Notes: a model not told the origin generated them from the sequence alone. DNA of 64,000 nt from Octopus vulgaris (GCA_951406725.2 OX597833.1:22072001-22136000), one strand, 5' to 3'. Positions 1-11,977 are shown, counted from the first letter of the stretch. A program made the numbers and translations.

Positions 1-985
1 GAAATACTAAAGAGTAAATTTATTCAATAAAATTGCCATTGGCTTCAACCACGGCCTCCAGATAACTTTGGAATCACCTGCAACTCTTCTGGGTGGTCTC
101 CTTGTTTAAGTTGGTGAATGCTGTCATAATCATTGCCTTCAGTTTATCTTTGGTGTTACAAGGAGCTTTGTTGGCCTCTCACTCAACTGTGGCCCACACA
201 TAATAATCAAGGGGGTTGCAGTTTGGGGAGTTAGGCAGCCAGATGTTGGAGTGATGTGGTTGCAGAAATTGTGTGACAGCCATGACTGGGTTTCCCTGCT
301 TGTGTGGCATGGTGCAGAGTCCTGTTGCCAGACATAGGGTCTTCCAGCAGCCACCTGCTCAGAGGCCTGTGCAAAGTTGTAGAAAGTGTTTGGAGAGAAA
401 TGTATAGTTACACAGAAGTGTACGAATGGTTCAGATGTTTGAGCCAGATCATACCTGCACCTGTTCTTATTGTTGTTGTTGTTTAGTCTGAGGCTAAACT
501 TGATTAAGTAAACCTATGGCCAAAGACATTCTAGCCTATGACCATTCTGCCTTTTAAGAGGTGTCTTGGAGTACATCACAGTTTCATGTCCATTTTCCTT
601 GCTGTCTGGAGTCAGGTCTCAGTCAGAGCTATTGCCCTTGCAGGGGTGGTTGGCAGTGGTGTAGGCCTCTATATTGAGTCTGAGACCATGTGGGAAGACA
701 AATGGAGGCATAACGTTGCCATCACTAGTGATTGCTCTACACATCAGATTGACATCCAAACACTCTAAAATGTTCATACTGGAGCTTCTGGAATGAATGC
801 CAAGCAGTACAAGATGCTGTTTCCAAATTTCTGGCAGAGTGAATTGCATCATGGTGCTGCTTTTCTCACAGACAGTGCCCAACTGACCCTACCATACTCT
901 GTAGTTGACAAAATGAAAAACAAACAATGCGCATGAGTGAAATTAAAAATATAAAATGGTGGCAGTTTACCCATCACACCCTGTA
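1..985 (-). mobile_element. Degenerate Tc1/mariner (DD37D/maT-like) DNA transposon; 5' end with TIR, continues off the left edge of the window
   Basis: Minus-strand fragments YVWQQDSAPCHTSRETQSWL (139-354) and ITSDGNVMPPFVFPHGLRLNIEAY (619-882). Terminal CAGGGTGTGATGGGTAAACTGCC ends at 983 next to TA (984-985). Frameshifts and an interrupting insert are present. Confidence 0.8.
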
Positions 986-1003
986 CATATATGTGTGTGT
1001 GTG

Positions 1004-1088
<85 letters not shown>

Positions 1089-1123
1089 ATGTGTGTGTGT
1101 GTGTCTATCTATCTATCTAGCTA

Positions 1124-1166
<43 letters not shown>

Positions 1167-1270
1167 TTGTGTGTATATGTGTTGGTGTGTGTGTGTGTGC
1201 ATGTGTATGTGTGTGTGTGTATGTGTATCTCTCTATATATACATATCTATAAATACACAGGCACATATGC
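986..1270. repeat. Compound (TG)n/(TATC)n/(TA)n microsatellite
   Basis: Visible directly in the sequence; explains ORFs 927-1304 and 991-1371. Confidence 0.95.
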
Positions 1271-2104
1271 ATACATACTTAATGTTGACCATGATTTTTA
1301 TTGATTTCATAATGTGTGTTGTTGTTATTCTTGTTGTCTGTTATAGTTTAGCCAACATGGTTGATTATTGACTTTGGTTAACAGGACAGATAAATAACCG
1401 ATTTTTAACACCCTAACATTGGCACCCTATAATACTTTGCATACCATAAATCTGGTTCAGTTTGGGAGAGGAAAGGCATGGGTGGAGTGGAGGGGATAAC
1501 ACAGCAAGAATGCATTGTCCTTTGAATCAATGCTAGTTTGATGCCAGACAAAAGGACAATCAGGAAAGTGTTGACCTCAGATGGATCTGACCTTTGGAAG
1601 TGAAGAGCCATAGGCATGATTATGTGGTTAAGGAAGGTCACTTTACAACTACTGTGATTTGAACTTGGAACACAAAAGCATTGGCATGATGCATTGTGTT
1701 CTGAGTTCAAATCGCACCAAAGTCAGCTTTGGCTTTCATCCTTTTGAAGCTTCATAAAGAAATTGTCTGTCCAGGGCAGTGGATAGGCAAAATTGTGAAA
1801 ATGTTAGACAGAATGCCTGGTGGTGTTTGTTCTGAATTTCTGTATTCTCAGTCTGAGTCCCTCCTCTGGCTATTAGGTATGGGAAAAAGGTGAGATTTCT
1901 ATCAGGAATTGCAACTGATAGATAATATCAGCAATTGAAAACAAAAAAAAAGCAAAAAAAAATATAACAACTAAACAATAAAATCATAATTAAAATAATT
2001 TCCCTGGTTCAATCACAGGAACAATTTCAATGCAACGCTACATGGTTAGAGGGAGATTAGGTTACTATTTCTAGCAGGTTGAGTGACTGGTCCCCTGATG
2101 AACT

Positions 2105-2545
2105 ACTTTTATCTTTTATCTTTTATTTGTTATCTTTTATTTGTTTGGATCATTGGACTGTGGCTATGCTGGAGCACCACCTTGAAGGGTTTTAGTCGAA
2201 CAAATCACCCCCAGCACTTATTTTAAGTCTGGTATGTATTTTATTAGTCTCCTTGGACAAATTGCCAAGTAACAGGGGTGTAAACAAACCAATACCAGTT
2301 CACAAGTGGTGGTGGTGGTGGAGGGGCAAATACAAAGATGCACACATACACACACACGTGGGCATGCGAGTACATGCATACAAATGTATATGACAGGCTT
2401 CTACACAGTTTCCATCTACTGAATTCACTGATAAGGCATTGGTCAGTCTGGGGCTATAGTAGAAGATTCTTACCTAAGATGCTGCATAGTGGGACTGAAC
2501 TTGAAACCACATGGCTGCAAAGTGAACACAGCCATGCCTACACCT
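2105..2545 (-). mobile_element. tRNA-derived SINE, family A (CORE-like), diverged copy
   Basis: Matches the family A copies at 12395, 14580 and 44200 (GCTGGAGCAC...GGCTATAGTAGAAGA...GGGACTGAAC). Confidence 0.8.
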
Positions 2546-2619
2546 CGTGCAAATTCCACCCGGTTTCACTTTGTCTTTTATTATTCAAATTCCTTCTTTC
2601 AGGAGTCATATTGACCCAT

Positions 2620-3305
2620 AAGGGCCTGTTTCCCAGTTCCCATGGCACATATATTTTCCCACCTGGGTGTGACACCAGCCTATCACAGGATTACTCATCT
2701 TCGCTGACTAAGTACCCTGTAGCCATGTGAAATGACATGTTTTGCTCAAGAACACAATACATCGCCCAGTCCAGGAATTGAAACCACAGTCTCCTGATCA
2801 TAAGTTCAACGCCCTAACTACTAAGCCATGTACCTCCACAAAAAGGATAAAGATCCTTTCTGAGTCATGTAGACTAATATGGCTGGTTTTCTGGTGTCTG
2901 TGGTGCAAATATTCCCCACCTGGATGGGCTGCTGGCCCTTTACAGAATTACTCAGTTTTGCTGGCTGAGTATCCTGTAGCAATATGAAATGAAGTGTTTT
3001 GCTCAAGAATACAACATATCGCTTGGTCCAGGAATCGAAACCACAATCTTGTGATCATGAGTCGCACACCCTAACGACTAGACCATCTGCCTCCACAAAA
3101 GGGATAAAGATTATTTCCGAGTCATATAGACTCATAAGGCTGGTTTCCTGGTTTCTGTGACTCCTGTATTTCCCACCTCATTTTTGCCATGTGAGTGGAC
3201 TGGAGCAACATGCCCAAGAACACAACACATCACTCAGTCCAAGAATCAAAACCACCATCTCACAATCACGAATCCAGCACCCTAACCACTAAGCCATGTG
3301 CCTCC
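2620..3305 (-). mobile_element. Head-to-tail array of 3 tRNA-SINE copies (family C-related, V-domain-like)
   Basis: Three units of about 210-255 bp, each with CAAGAAYACAA..CCAGGAAT.GAAACCAC..CCCTAAC.ACTA..CCAT.TGCCTCC. Both junctions share AAAAGGATAAAGAT...GAGTCAT.TAGACT. Confidence 0.75.
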
Positions 3306-3843
3306 TCATATTCCAAGCTCACTGTATATATATAACAATAAATAACCAGGCCTGAGGGCTAATACAATCAGTGATATAGATGCCCCAGCATGGCCACAAC
3401 CCAGTGACTGAAACCAGTTAATGAACTTTTATGGAAACCCCTCCAAATTTTTGATTATATTTGAACAATCGATTGCAACCTCCAGGCAGTGAATCGTTAT
3501 TAAAAATCTAATCAGGAAGCGAGAGAATGGAGGAGGCAGCATGAACAGTGCGTAAAATCCGAACTAAGCTCCATTACATCTCCGTTCTTCTATGTAAGAA
3601 GCTTGACAATAGCTGACATCATCCGAGTATATTTATGATGAAAGATACCCCTGTGCTCAAAATAAGGTTCATCGAACAAGTCTCCCACCCGCCAACTACG
3701 TTCGACTAAGCTCAATCCTCCGCCTCACCCCTCTACACTTCAGATACACACAAATAGCTGTGTGTTTATTGAATCACAGGATACGGATGACTGAATAAAT
3801 GAATTTGGCTGTCGAATACAAAAATTAATAAATAAAAGTGAAA

Positions 3844-4241
<398 letters not shown>

Positions 4242-4309
4242 AAACTTTGCCAGTAAGAGTAACCATTCAATTCATTTGAGCATGGACAAACTATTATTAA
4301 TCTGACAAA

Positions 4310-4695
4310 AATGATAATGATGATGATGATGATGGTAATGGTGGTAATGGTGGTCGTGGTGGGGATGGTGGAGGTGATGGCTGTGGTGGTGATGGTAACC
4401 ATAACACTAATGATGATCATGGTGGTGGTGCGGTGGTGGTGGTGCGGTGGTGGTGGTGCGGTGGTGGTGGTGGTGGTGGTCATAATGTCCATGACCATGA
4501 CAGTTATATTGGTGATGAAAACAGTGATGATGATGGTGGTGGCAGTGGTAGTGGTGATGTGGTGGTGGTGGTGGTGGTGGTGGTGATGGTGTTCTCGTTG
4601 TTGGTGGTAGTCATGATGATGATAACAATGACTGCGGTGGTCATGGTTGTGGTGGCCTTGGTGATGTTAGAAATAATAGCAACAAGGATTTTGCA

Positions 4696-4726
<31 letters not shown>

Positions 4727-4790
4727 AAATTTCTGATGACTATAAACAACTGAAACAACAACCACAACAACCACAACAACTACAACATAC
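4310..4790. repeat. Degenerate (TGG/TGA)n, (CTG)n and (CAA)n trinucleotide tracts
   Basis: Visible directly. Confidence 0.9.
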
Positions 4791-5212
4791 AAGAAATAAA
4801 CTAAGAATAATGCTGAGAGAATGTGTTAGTCAGAGAATGTGTTAGGCAGGTGGGAAGCATCTGTGAGGTCTGGAACACTCATCCACCCACCCACCCGTCA
4901 TATCTCCTCTTACCCCATCCACCCGGATTAGTAAAGCCTGATACTGGAGAGAAAAAAAATAAATAAAAATATAAAAATATAGGCGGGAAGACAAATTCCA
5001 GAGGGTTTGCTTGGCTGAGAAGTAAGGATTGGTAAGAAGTGTTTTGTGTAGGATCTGAAAGATGAGACACAGCAGAGATGAGAGTATAAAGAAGAAAGAT
5101 GAGAAGGTCTTAGATACACAGTGGCTTCATGGACACCATTATAGTGGTGCTAATAGATTTATTTACATTATTTACATTTGACAGATATTTGTCCTCGTCT
5201 TGTTTGTTGTTA

Positions 5213-5256
5213 ACACAATATTTCGGCTTATATACCCTCCAGCATTCATCAGGTGT
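5213..5256 (-). ncRNA. Minimal type I hammerhead ribozyme motif
   Basis: Reverse complement: ACAC CTGATGA ATGCTGGAGGGTATATAAGCC GAAATATT GTGT. Stem I is ACAC/GTGT, stem III is the palindrome AATATT, and stem II is partly decayed. Confidence 0.65.
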
Positions 5257-5606
5257 CTTGGGGAAATTTTGAACCTGGGTTCTCACTCCTAAGGTATTTT
5301 TCAATGTTGTTATTATTATTATGATTATTATTATTGTTATTATTCAGGTCACTGCCTGGAATCGAACTCAGAATCTTGGGGTTAGTAGCCCACGTAGTGG
5401 TTAAGAGCGCAGGCTACTAACCCCAAGATCCTGAGTTCAATTCCAGGCAGTGACATCATCGTCATTGTTTAACGTCTGCTTTCCATGCTAGCATGGGTTG
5501 GACGATTTGCCTGAGGACTGGTGAACCAGATGGCTGCACAATAATAATAATAGCAACATTGAAGAATACTTTAGGAATGGGAATCCATGTTCGAAATTTC
5601 CCCAAG

Positions 5607-5650
5607 ACACCTGATGAAGGCTGGAGGGTATATCAGCCAAAATGTTGTGT
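5607..5650 (+). ncRNA. Minimal type I hammerhead ribozyme motif (CpG-decayed)
   Basis: ACAC CTGATGA A GGCTG GAGGGTATAT CAGCC AAAATGTT GTGT. The expected GAAACGTT has become AAAATGTT by two CpG-type transitions. Confidence 0.6.
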
Positions 5651-5879
5651 TTACAACAAACAAGATGAGGACAAATATCTGTTAAATGTAAATAATGTAA
5701 ATAATGTACATAATTCCTCATCCCTTAAATATAGAACTGCTAATAGATTTGTTGGAATGTCTTTTTGTATTGTTTTGCTCTAGTTTTGCTCAGAGATTGA
5801 GACAATGGACTTCTAGAATCTATTGGGGGTTACTTTGTGTAAGTTTAAAATCTCATCCTCATTGAGAATGTTTTTGTAG

Positions 5880-6350
5880 CTGCAGGCATGGCTGGGTGGT
5901 TAGGCAGTTTGCTTCCCAACCATGTGGTCTTGGGGTCGGTCCCAGTGTGCAGCACCTTGGACAAGTTTCTTCTACTATAAATCCAGGCTGAACAAAGCCT
6001 TATGAGTGAATTTCATGGACACAAACTGAAAGATGGCCATCACTTATGCGCATGTGTGCATATGTGTGTGTGTATGCTTGTGTGTGCATGTGTGTGTGTG
6101 TTTATTGATTGTTGTACACACTGTAAAGAGATTGGGGTTAAGATGGGCATCCAGGTGTAGAAACCATGCCAAAACAGACACTGGAGCAGGATACAGTCCC
6201 TGGGACTCCATTGGATTCTGTCAAACTGTGTTGCCCATTCCAGCATGGCACATAGACATTAAATGCTGCTGCTGCTACTACTGCTGCTACTACTGCTGCT
6301 GCTGCTGCTGCTACTGCTGATGCTGATAATGATGATGATGATAATGGTGA
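5880..6350 (+). mobile_element. SINE family A head joined to a family D 3' part with (GAT)n tail
   Basis: GGCATGGCTGGGTGGTTAGG..CACCTTGGACAAG head; later GATGGGCATCCAGGTGTAGAAACC..CCAGCATGG..GACATTAAATG. Confidence 0.65.
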
Positions 6351-6844
6351 TGAGACAGGGCAGAGGATGACAGGATTGGTTGAGTTTGCCTTCTTGTGAC
6401 ATCAGATCACATGATTTGTAGGGAATTTGACAACTGCATCGTGCTTGTCATGAGAAATTTTCATGGGAAAATACAAAAGGGCAGTTCCCTGTTGCCTTCC
6501 TTTGGGTATTTTTGTTACAAGACACCATCTTGTAGGCTTGACATAGACAAGTTTGCCACACCTGCCTGGGAGTTTGAAAAGTAACAAACTGGAATCAATG
6601 CTACAAGGCACTATGTCTAAAATTCTAACAATTCTGCTCAACCATGTTGAGAGATTTGGCTGTTATTTCTAACAATTTGAGTTATAGAGGCTCCATCATT
6701 AGCTGAAGTCAGCAATGTGATACACAAAGATGTCAGAATTAAGATAATTATAGGCTGTTACAGTATAAAACATTCTATTTTGATATTACAACATTAAATT
6801 TACTGACTTGGAACCAACTATTCAGCAAAGCCTGTATATGCATG

Positions 6845-6884
<40 letters not shown>

Positions 6885-7454
6885 ATACACACACACACAT
6901 ACATGTATATATATGTACATATACATGAGTATATGCACATATATTTTGCATTATATATATATGATATATATATATGATATATATATGTATATATATGTGT
7001 ATGTGAGCATGTGAATGTTTGTAAAAATATGTAATATGTGTTGTGTGTATATGCATATACACACACACACATACACACATACACACACACAAAACCCCTT
7101 CCAAACTATTTCTCCCATGCTCTGCTGATCTGCATAATATTTCAATATCTCATTCAGTTTCCTACAACATGGCGTTTCTTTTATACTAATCGCTGTTTCT
7201 ATCCCGTGTTTTTTTTTTTATATTCCATCCAAAACAAGTCTGTCTCTACTTCTGTCCCGCCCCCATCCCAACACACAAAAGCATCAGCAGCATACCTCCT
7301 GTTGAATAATCAATAACCAATAACCAATAGCCACATGCTGACTGTGTGACCTTGGCAACAGGAAATATCGAAAGCTGGATGAATGAGGAGCTGCTAATGT
7401 AACAGGCCCCAGGACGAGAGTTCAAATACTGTTGTAGGCAGCATGATGTGGAAT

Positions 7455-8170
7455 TTGGCTGTGTGGTAAGAAATTTGATTCCCAACAACATGGTTCTGGG
7501 GTCAGTCCCACTGCATGGCACCTTGGGCAAGTGTCTTCTACTATAGCCTCAGGCTGACCAAAGCCTTATGAGTGGATTTGGTTGATGGAAACTAAAAGAA
7601 GCCCATCATATATATGTATATATATATATACATATATATAGATAGATAGATATATATAAATATATATAAATATATAAAAATATATAGATATATATATATA
7701 TATATATATTTATTATAGATAGATAGATATATATATATATATATATAAAAATATATAGATATATAAATATATATATAAATATATATAGATATATAAATAT
7801 ATATATAGGCGCAGTTGTGGCTGTGAGGTAAGAAGCTCGTTTCCTGACCACATGGTTCCAGGTTCAGTCCTATTGTGTAGCACTTTTGGAAGGTGTCTTC
7901 TACTATAGCCTCAGCCTAACGAAAGCCTTGTGCGAGGATTCAGTAGATGAAAGAAGCCTGTTGTATATGTATCGCTGCTTGGTGACTGGTGTTGGTTTGT
8001 TTATATTCCCATAACTTAGTGGTTTGGCAAAAAGAGGCCAATAGAATAAGTACCAAGCTTAAAAATATATATATAAATACTGGGGTCAATTCATTTGACT
8101 AAAAATTCAACAGAGCAGTGCCCCAGCATGGCCACAGTCTAATGACTGAAACAGGTAAAAGATGAAAAAT
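7455..8170 (+). mobile_element. Two tandem family A SINE copies separated by a TA-rich tract
   Basis: Heads at about 7455 and 7807; tail GACTGAAACAGGTAAAAGA at about 8160. Confidence 0.8.
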
Positions 8171-8295
8171 AAAGATCAATGGTTCTACCCTCCCAGATTG
8201 CACACACACACACACACACACACACCCGTTTTCATTATGTTAAACTATAAATCCCTATACATTTTTTCTCTTTCCATTTTTGTTTCCTATCATCC

Positions 8296-8331
8296 CTTTC
8301 TGTTAAAGAGCATTGGCTCAAAACATCAAAG
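8296..8331 (+). ncRNA. Degenerate hammerhead motif of repeat family HHR-2
   Basis: CTTT CTGTTAA AGAGC ATTG GCTC AAAACATC AAAG; same family as 18377-18412 and 61523-61558. Confidence 0.45.
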
Positions 8332-8355
8332 ACTTTTCCATTCTTCCTGAGTGTT

Positions 8356-8905
8356 CCGAGCTGCGAAAACTAATAAGGAGAGTACAGGAGGCGGTTGAAA
8401 AAGCCAGCTTCTATATATGGCTGAAGCGGGAAGACCAAAAATGGCTTGAAAGTCAACATGCCAGCAGGAAATAACATCACTAGGTGAGACAAGCTGACAC
8501 TGAATTAGCTTCGCTGACTGACAGGTGATGGTCGTTTAGAGAATGCGTGGGCTAAGACTACGTGTCTTCATTGGCCAGTTAAAGTTGAGACAGTGTCACA
8601 TGACGACTTGCTGGGGCTGCCTGCTGGAGCCTAGCAGCAGGTATTTAAAGGGAAAAAATTTGACAAGTCAGTCAGTCGCCCGCTGACACTCGTTGACGCT
8701 ACATTGAAGAGGCCAGGGAACAGAAGAAAGAAGACATGCACAACACCAGAGCTGAAGACACCTCCGAAAGGGGGGGGGGCGCACCAGGTCAAAACGGTAG
8801 AGGAGTAGGGGCCGAAACCGGATGTGGTTCCTCCTGATGATGTCGTGAGCTAACTGGATCCTATAAAGGAGCTGTTGTGGTAGCAGACCACGAAACATGG
8901 TTGAA
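8356..8905 (+). mobile_element. 5'-truncated HERO-clade (RLE) non-LTR retrotransposon: ORF C-terminus and 3' UTR, nested inside an HHR-2 repeat
   Basis: 8358-8474 reads ELRKLIRRVQEAVEKASFYIWLKREDQKWLESQHASRK*, resembling the HERO-type C-terminal AAE.AS.W.W.KR motif. A GC-rich 3' UTR follows, and the host repeat resumes at about 8910. Confidence 0.65.
8795..8844 (+). ncRNA. Candidate permuted (reverse strand order) hammerhead ribozyme
   Basis: CGGTA-GAGGA gtagg GGCC-GAAA-CCG gatgtggt TCCTC-CTGATGA-TGTC. Stem III is CGGT/ACCG, stem I is GAGGA/TCCTC, stem II is GGC/GTC, and all core nucleotides are intact. Confidence 0.5.
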
Positions 8906-9059
8906 ATTTCTTGTTGTTTCCTCACCTGTCTTTGTCTTTTGTTTTCTGTAAATTTGAACTCTTTCTTTCTCCCTCTCTCCCTTTCTCTCTCTCTCTCTGT
9001 ATATATATATATATATATATATTAATTTATATAAATAAGGATAAGATCGTTAATTTAAA

Positions 9060-9270
9060 TATCTATTTCTTTACTACCCACAAGGGGATAAACATAGAGG
9101 GGACAAACAAGGACAGACAAATGGATTAAGTCGATTATATCGATCCAATGCGTAACTGGTACTTTATTTATCGACCCTGAAAGGATAAAAGGCAAAGTCG
9201 ACCTCGGCGGAATTTGAACTCAGAACGAAGCGGCAGACGAAATACTGCTAAGCATTTCGCCCGGTGTCGA
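9060..9270 (-). mobile_element. tRNA-derived SINE, family B (Nin/Deu-like central domain)
   Basis: GAAAGGATAAAAGGCAAAGTCGACCTCGGCGGAATTTGAACTCAGAACG; many homologous copies in the window. Confidence 0.85.
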
Positions 9271-10189
9271 CCTCATCAAGTGGCCAGCATGGGAATAAAA
9301 ATCTTTAAAAGTAATAATTATTATTAAAATTATAATTTAGGGTATCTAAGAAATACCAGCACACTGGAAATAGCATCCAAAACTTGACTCTAAAACTACA
9401 TTAAATGTTCATACAGCACCTTGGCTGCTATTTCCAGCGTGGTGGTATCTCAATTTTAATTTATATATATATATATATTTTAATTTATATATATATGTTT
9501 CAGTTATATATGTTTGTGTCCCTGTATTTGTTACCCCACCATCGCTTGACAACCGATGTTGGTGTGGTTATATCCCTTGACTTAGCAGTTTGGCAAGGCG
9601 ACGACAGAATAAGTACTAGGCTTACAAAGAATAAATTTTGGTGTTGATTTCTTTGACTAAAAGCGGTGCTCCAGCATGGCCACAGTCAAATAACTGAAGC
9701 AAATAAAAGAATAAACTGAGTTAGGCCTAAAAGATGGTTTTAAACTTGAAACACCTTGATGAGGAAAGAATTATATGGATGCAAAACCTATTTTGTCATT
9801 TCATTAATAAAAGGAAAGATGCCAAAAATTACAGATTCTGAGAGTGGGGTCAGGATGGAAGAGTGTGTCCTGGTATTAATCAGATTGAAAACCATTAATT
9901 TAAGGGGCAATATATTAATATAACATTGGGTTCATACACTTCACAGCTTAGCGCTCCCACTCTGTAGGTTAATGTAAAATAAATATTAATATTTAAGGGA
10001 CAGTATATTAATATAGTGTAATATTAATATAACATGACAAGCTTGCACCTTCCACACAGGGTCAGCAAACCAATTTTGAAAAACTAAAACCAAAAAAAAA
10101 ACAAGAAAAATAGCCACCACTAGCTCTGTCACCACCATCACCACCTTGTCTATATTTATTCAAGCAAGAGTGGAGGGGAATGAATGTTT

Positions 10190-10535
10190 AAAAAAAGAAG
10201 AAAAAAACGAAGGAAAGGAAGAAAGAAAGAATAAAGGAAAGCAAGACATAAAGCAAAAAAAAAAAGTAAGCAAAAGGAAGGAAGGAAGGAAGGAAAGAAG
10301 AAAGCAAGACATGAAGCGATAAAAAAGAAAGAAAGAAGGCAGGAAAGAAAGAGAGAAAGAAAGAAAGAAAGGAAATAAAGGAAGACAAAAGAAGGAAAGA
10401 AAGAAAGAAGGAAGGAAAGAAAGAGAGAGAGAAAGAAAGAAAGAAAGGAAATAAAGGAAAACAAAAGAAAGAAGGAAAGAAAGAAAGGAAGGAAGGAAAG
10501 GAAGACAAAAGAAAGAAAGAAAGAAGAAAGGAAGG
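10190..10535. repeat. Polypurine (GAAA/GGAA)n tract
   Basis: Visible directly; source of the F/L/S-rich ORFs. Confidence 0.95.
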
Positions 10536-10889
10536 TCATTAAAATGCCTTTTCAGCTTGTCTGGTTTGACCTGGATGGTCATAACATTCATATGGAATTA
10601 TCAACAAATTCCTACAATATTTTATGGTGCTTATCCTTTATTCTTTCTGATAAAATGATTTCAGAGATATTTTTAGTTTAGTTTAGCAAAAAAAAAAAAA
10701 AAAAAAAAAAACGACCAAAAAAGTGCGTTTGTGAATGTGTCTGTATATGTATGTATATATGAATGTGTCTGTATATGTATGTATATATGAATGTGTCTGT
10801 ATATGTATGTATATATGAATGTGTGTATGCAGAAGCAAATCCAACAAAGCATGTATAAAATCATCAGTTCAATTGTTACTGTCACACAT

Positions 10890-11302
10890 GTGGAGGCACA
10901 TGGCCTGGTTGTTAGAGCAGCGGACTTGCGATCGAGAGATCGTGGGGTCAAATCTCAGACCAGGTGATGTGTGTGTTTATGAGGAAAACACCTAAGCTAT
11001 GGAGGCACATGGCCTAGTGGTTAGAGCAGCGGACTTGTGGTTGAGGGATTGCAGGTTTGAATCTCAGACCGGGCGATGTATGTGTTTATGAGCGAAACAC
11101 CTAAGCTCCACACGGCTCCAGCAGAAGGTAATGGCAAACTTCTGCTGACTATTTCGTCACAACTTTCTCTCACTCTTTCCTCCTGCATCTTGCAGCTCAC
11201 CTGCGATGGACCGGCGTCCCATCCAGGTGGGGAACCTATACGCCAAGAAAACCAGGAAACCGGCCCTAATGAGCCAGGCATGGCTCAAGAAGGAACAAAC
11301 AA
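10890..11302 (+). mobile_element. tRNA-derived SINE, family C (V-domain-like), with duplicated tRNA head
   Basis: Head GGAGGCACATGGCCT..GTTAGAGCAGCGGAC occurs at 10892 and 11001. Body CCTGCGATGGACCGGCGTCCCATCCAGG. 12-bp TSD ACTGTCACACAT (10878-10889 and 11303-11314). Confidence 0.9.
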
Positions 11303-11449
11303 ACTGTCACACATATACTAGTATCAGTGAAGGGCAGCTGTGTATGTCATGTCCATATTTTCTACTGAGCTGAAAGAAGAGGTGACTTATATCATGAAAC
11401 CTTGGATGGCAGTCATTGAGCCAGTAAAAAAAATGAAACTTGTTATATT

Positions 11450-11665
11450 CTTTTCTATTTCTAGGCACACGGCCCGAAATTTTTGGGGAGAGGGCCAGTC
11501 AATAAGATCGACACCAGTACGCAACTGGTACTTAATTCATTGACCCCGAAAGGATGAAAGGCAAAGTCGACCTCGGCGGAATTTGAACTCAGAACATGGC
11601 GGCAGACGAAATATGGCTATGCATTTCGCCTGGCGTGCTAACGTTTCTGCCAGCTCACTGCCTTC
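11450..11665 (-). mobile_element. SINE family B
   Basis: Near-consensus family B sequence. Confidence 0.85.
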
Positions 11666-11805
11666 AATATGGAAACTTGTTATATGGTCTGACAGAAGAA
11701 GACATATTGGATATGTAATATGTAGCCCTAGAAATTAAGTCTGAAAATGAAACAGGATGGTCATGGCTGGAGTGATTTCTATTATAGGTCTGCTCAGTTA
11801 GAATC

Positions 11806-11977
11806 TTAACCTTTCAGCATTCAGCTGTCTCTGTCAAATGCTTGTTTATTCATATTGTTTGGAATTAATCATGTGTTATCTTGCAGCTTTGAGATTTGGT
11901 CGGATTTGGTCAATTTGAGCATAAAGCAAGTAGAATACTTGAACCAGATGTGGCTGGTTTGAATGTTAAGGAGTTAA
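11806..11977. mobile_element. Non-autonomous piggyBac-type MITE (family 2), internally deleted
   Basis: TTAA-CCTTTCAGCATTCA ... TGAATGTTAAGGAG-TTAA; related to copies at about 50077, 52112 and 59500. Confidence 0.55.

Larger units (their letters stand above)
5161..5737. mobile_element. Head-to-head dimer of a tRNA-headed, hammerhead-containing retroelement (putative Penelope-mobilised SINE)
   Basis: Minus arm 5161-5394 and plus arm 5393-5737 are reverse complements. tRNA-like head GTAGTGGTTAAGAGCGC..CTACTAA..GAGTTCAATTCC. An HHR core lies in each arm. Flanked by the 13-bp direct repeat TGCTAATAGATTT (5148-5160 and 5738-5750). A family D fragment is nested at about 5455-5540. Confidence 0.85.

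Noticed and set aside
4730-4760. CTGATGA...GAAAC motif
   Set aside because: There is no stem II and it lies in trinucleotide low-complexity DNA.
5393-5454. tRNA-Ser(ACT)-like gene, and other tRNA-like heads
   Set aside because: The acceptor and anticodon stems do not pair properly and each head continues into a repeat body; these are SINE heads.
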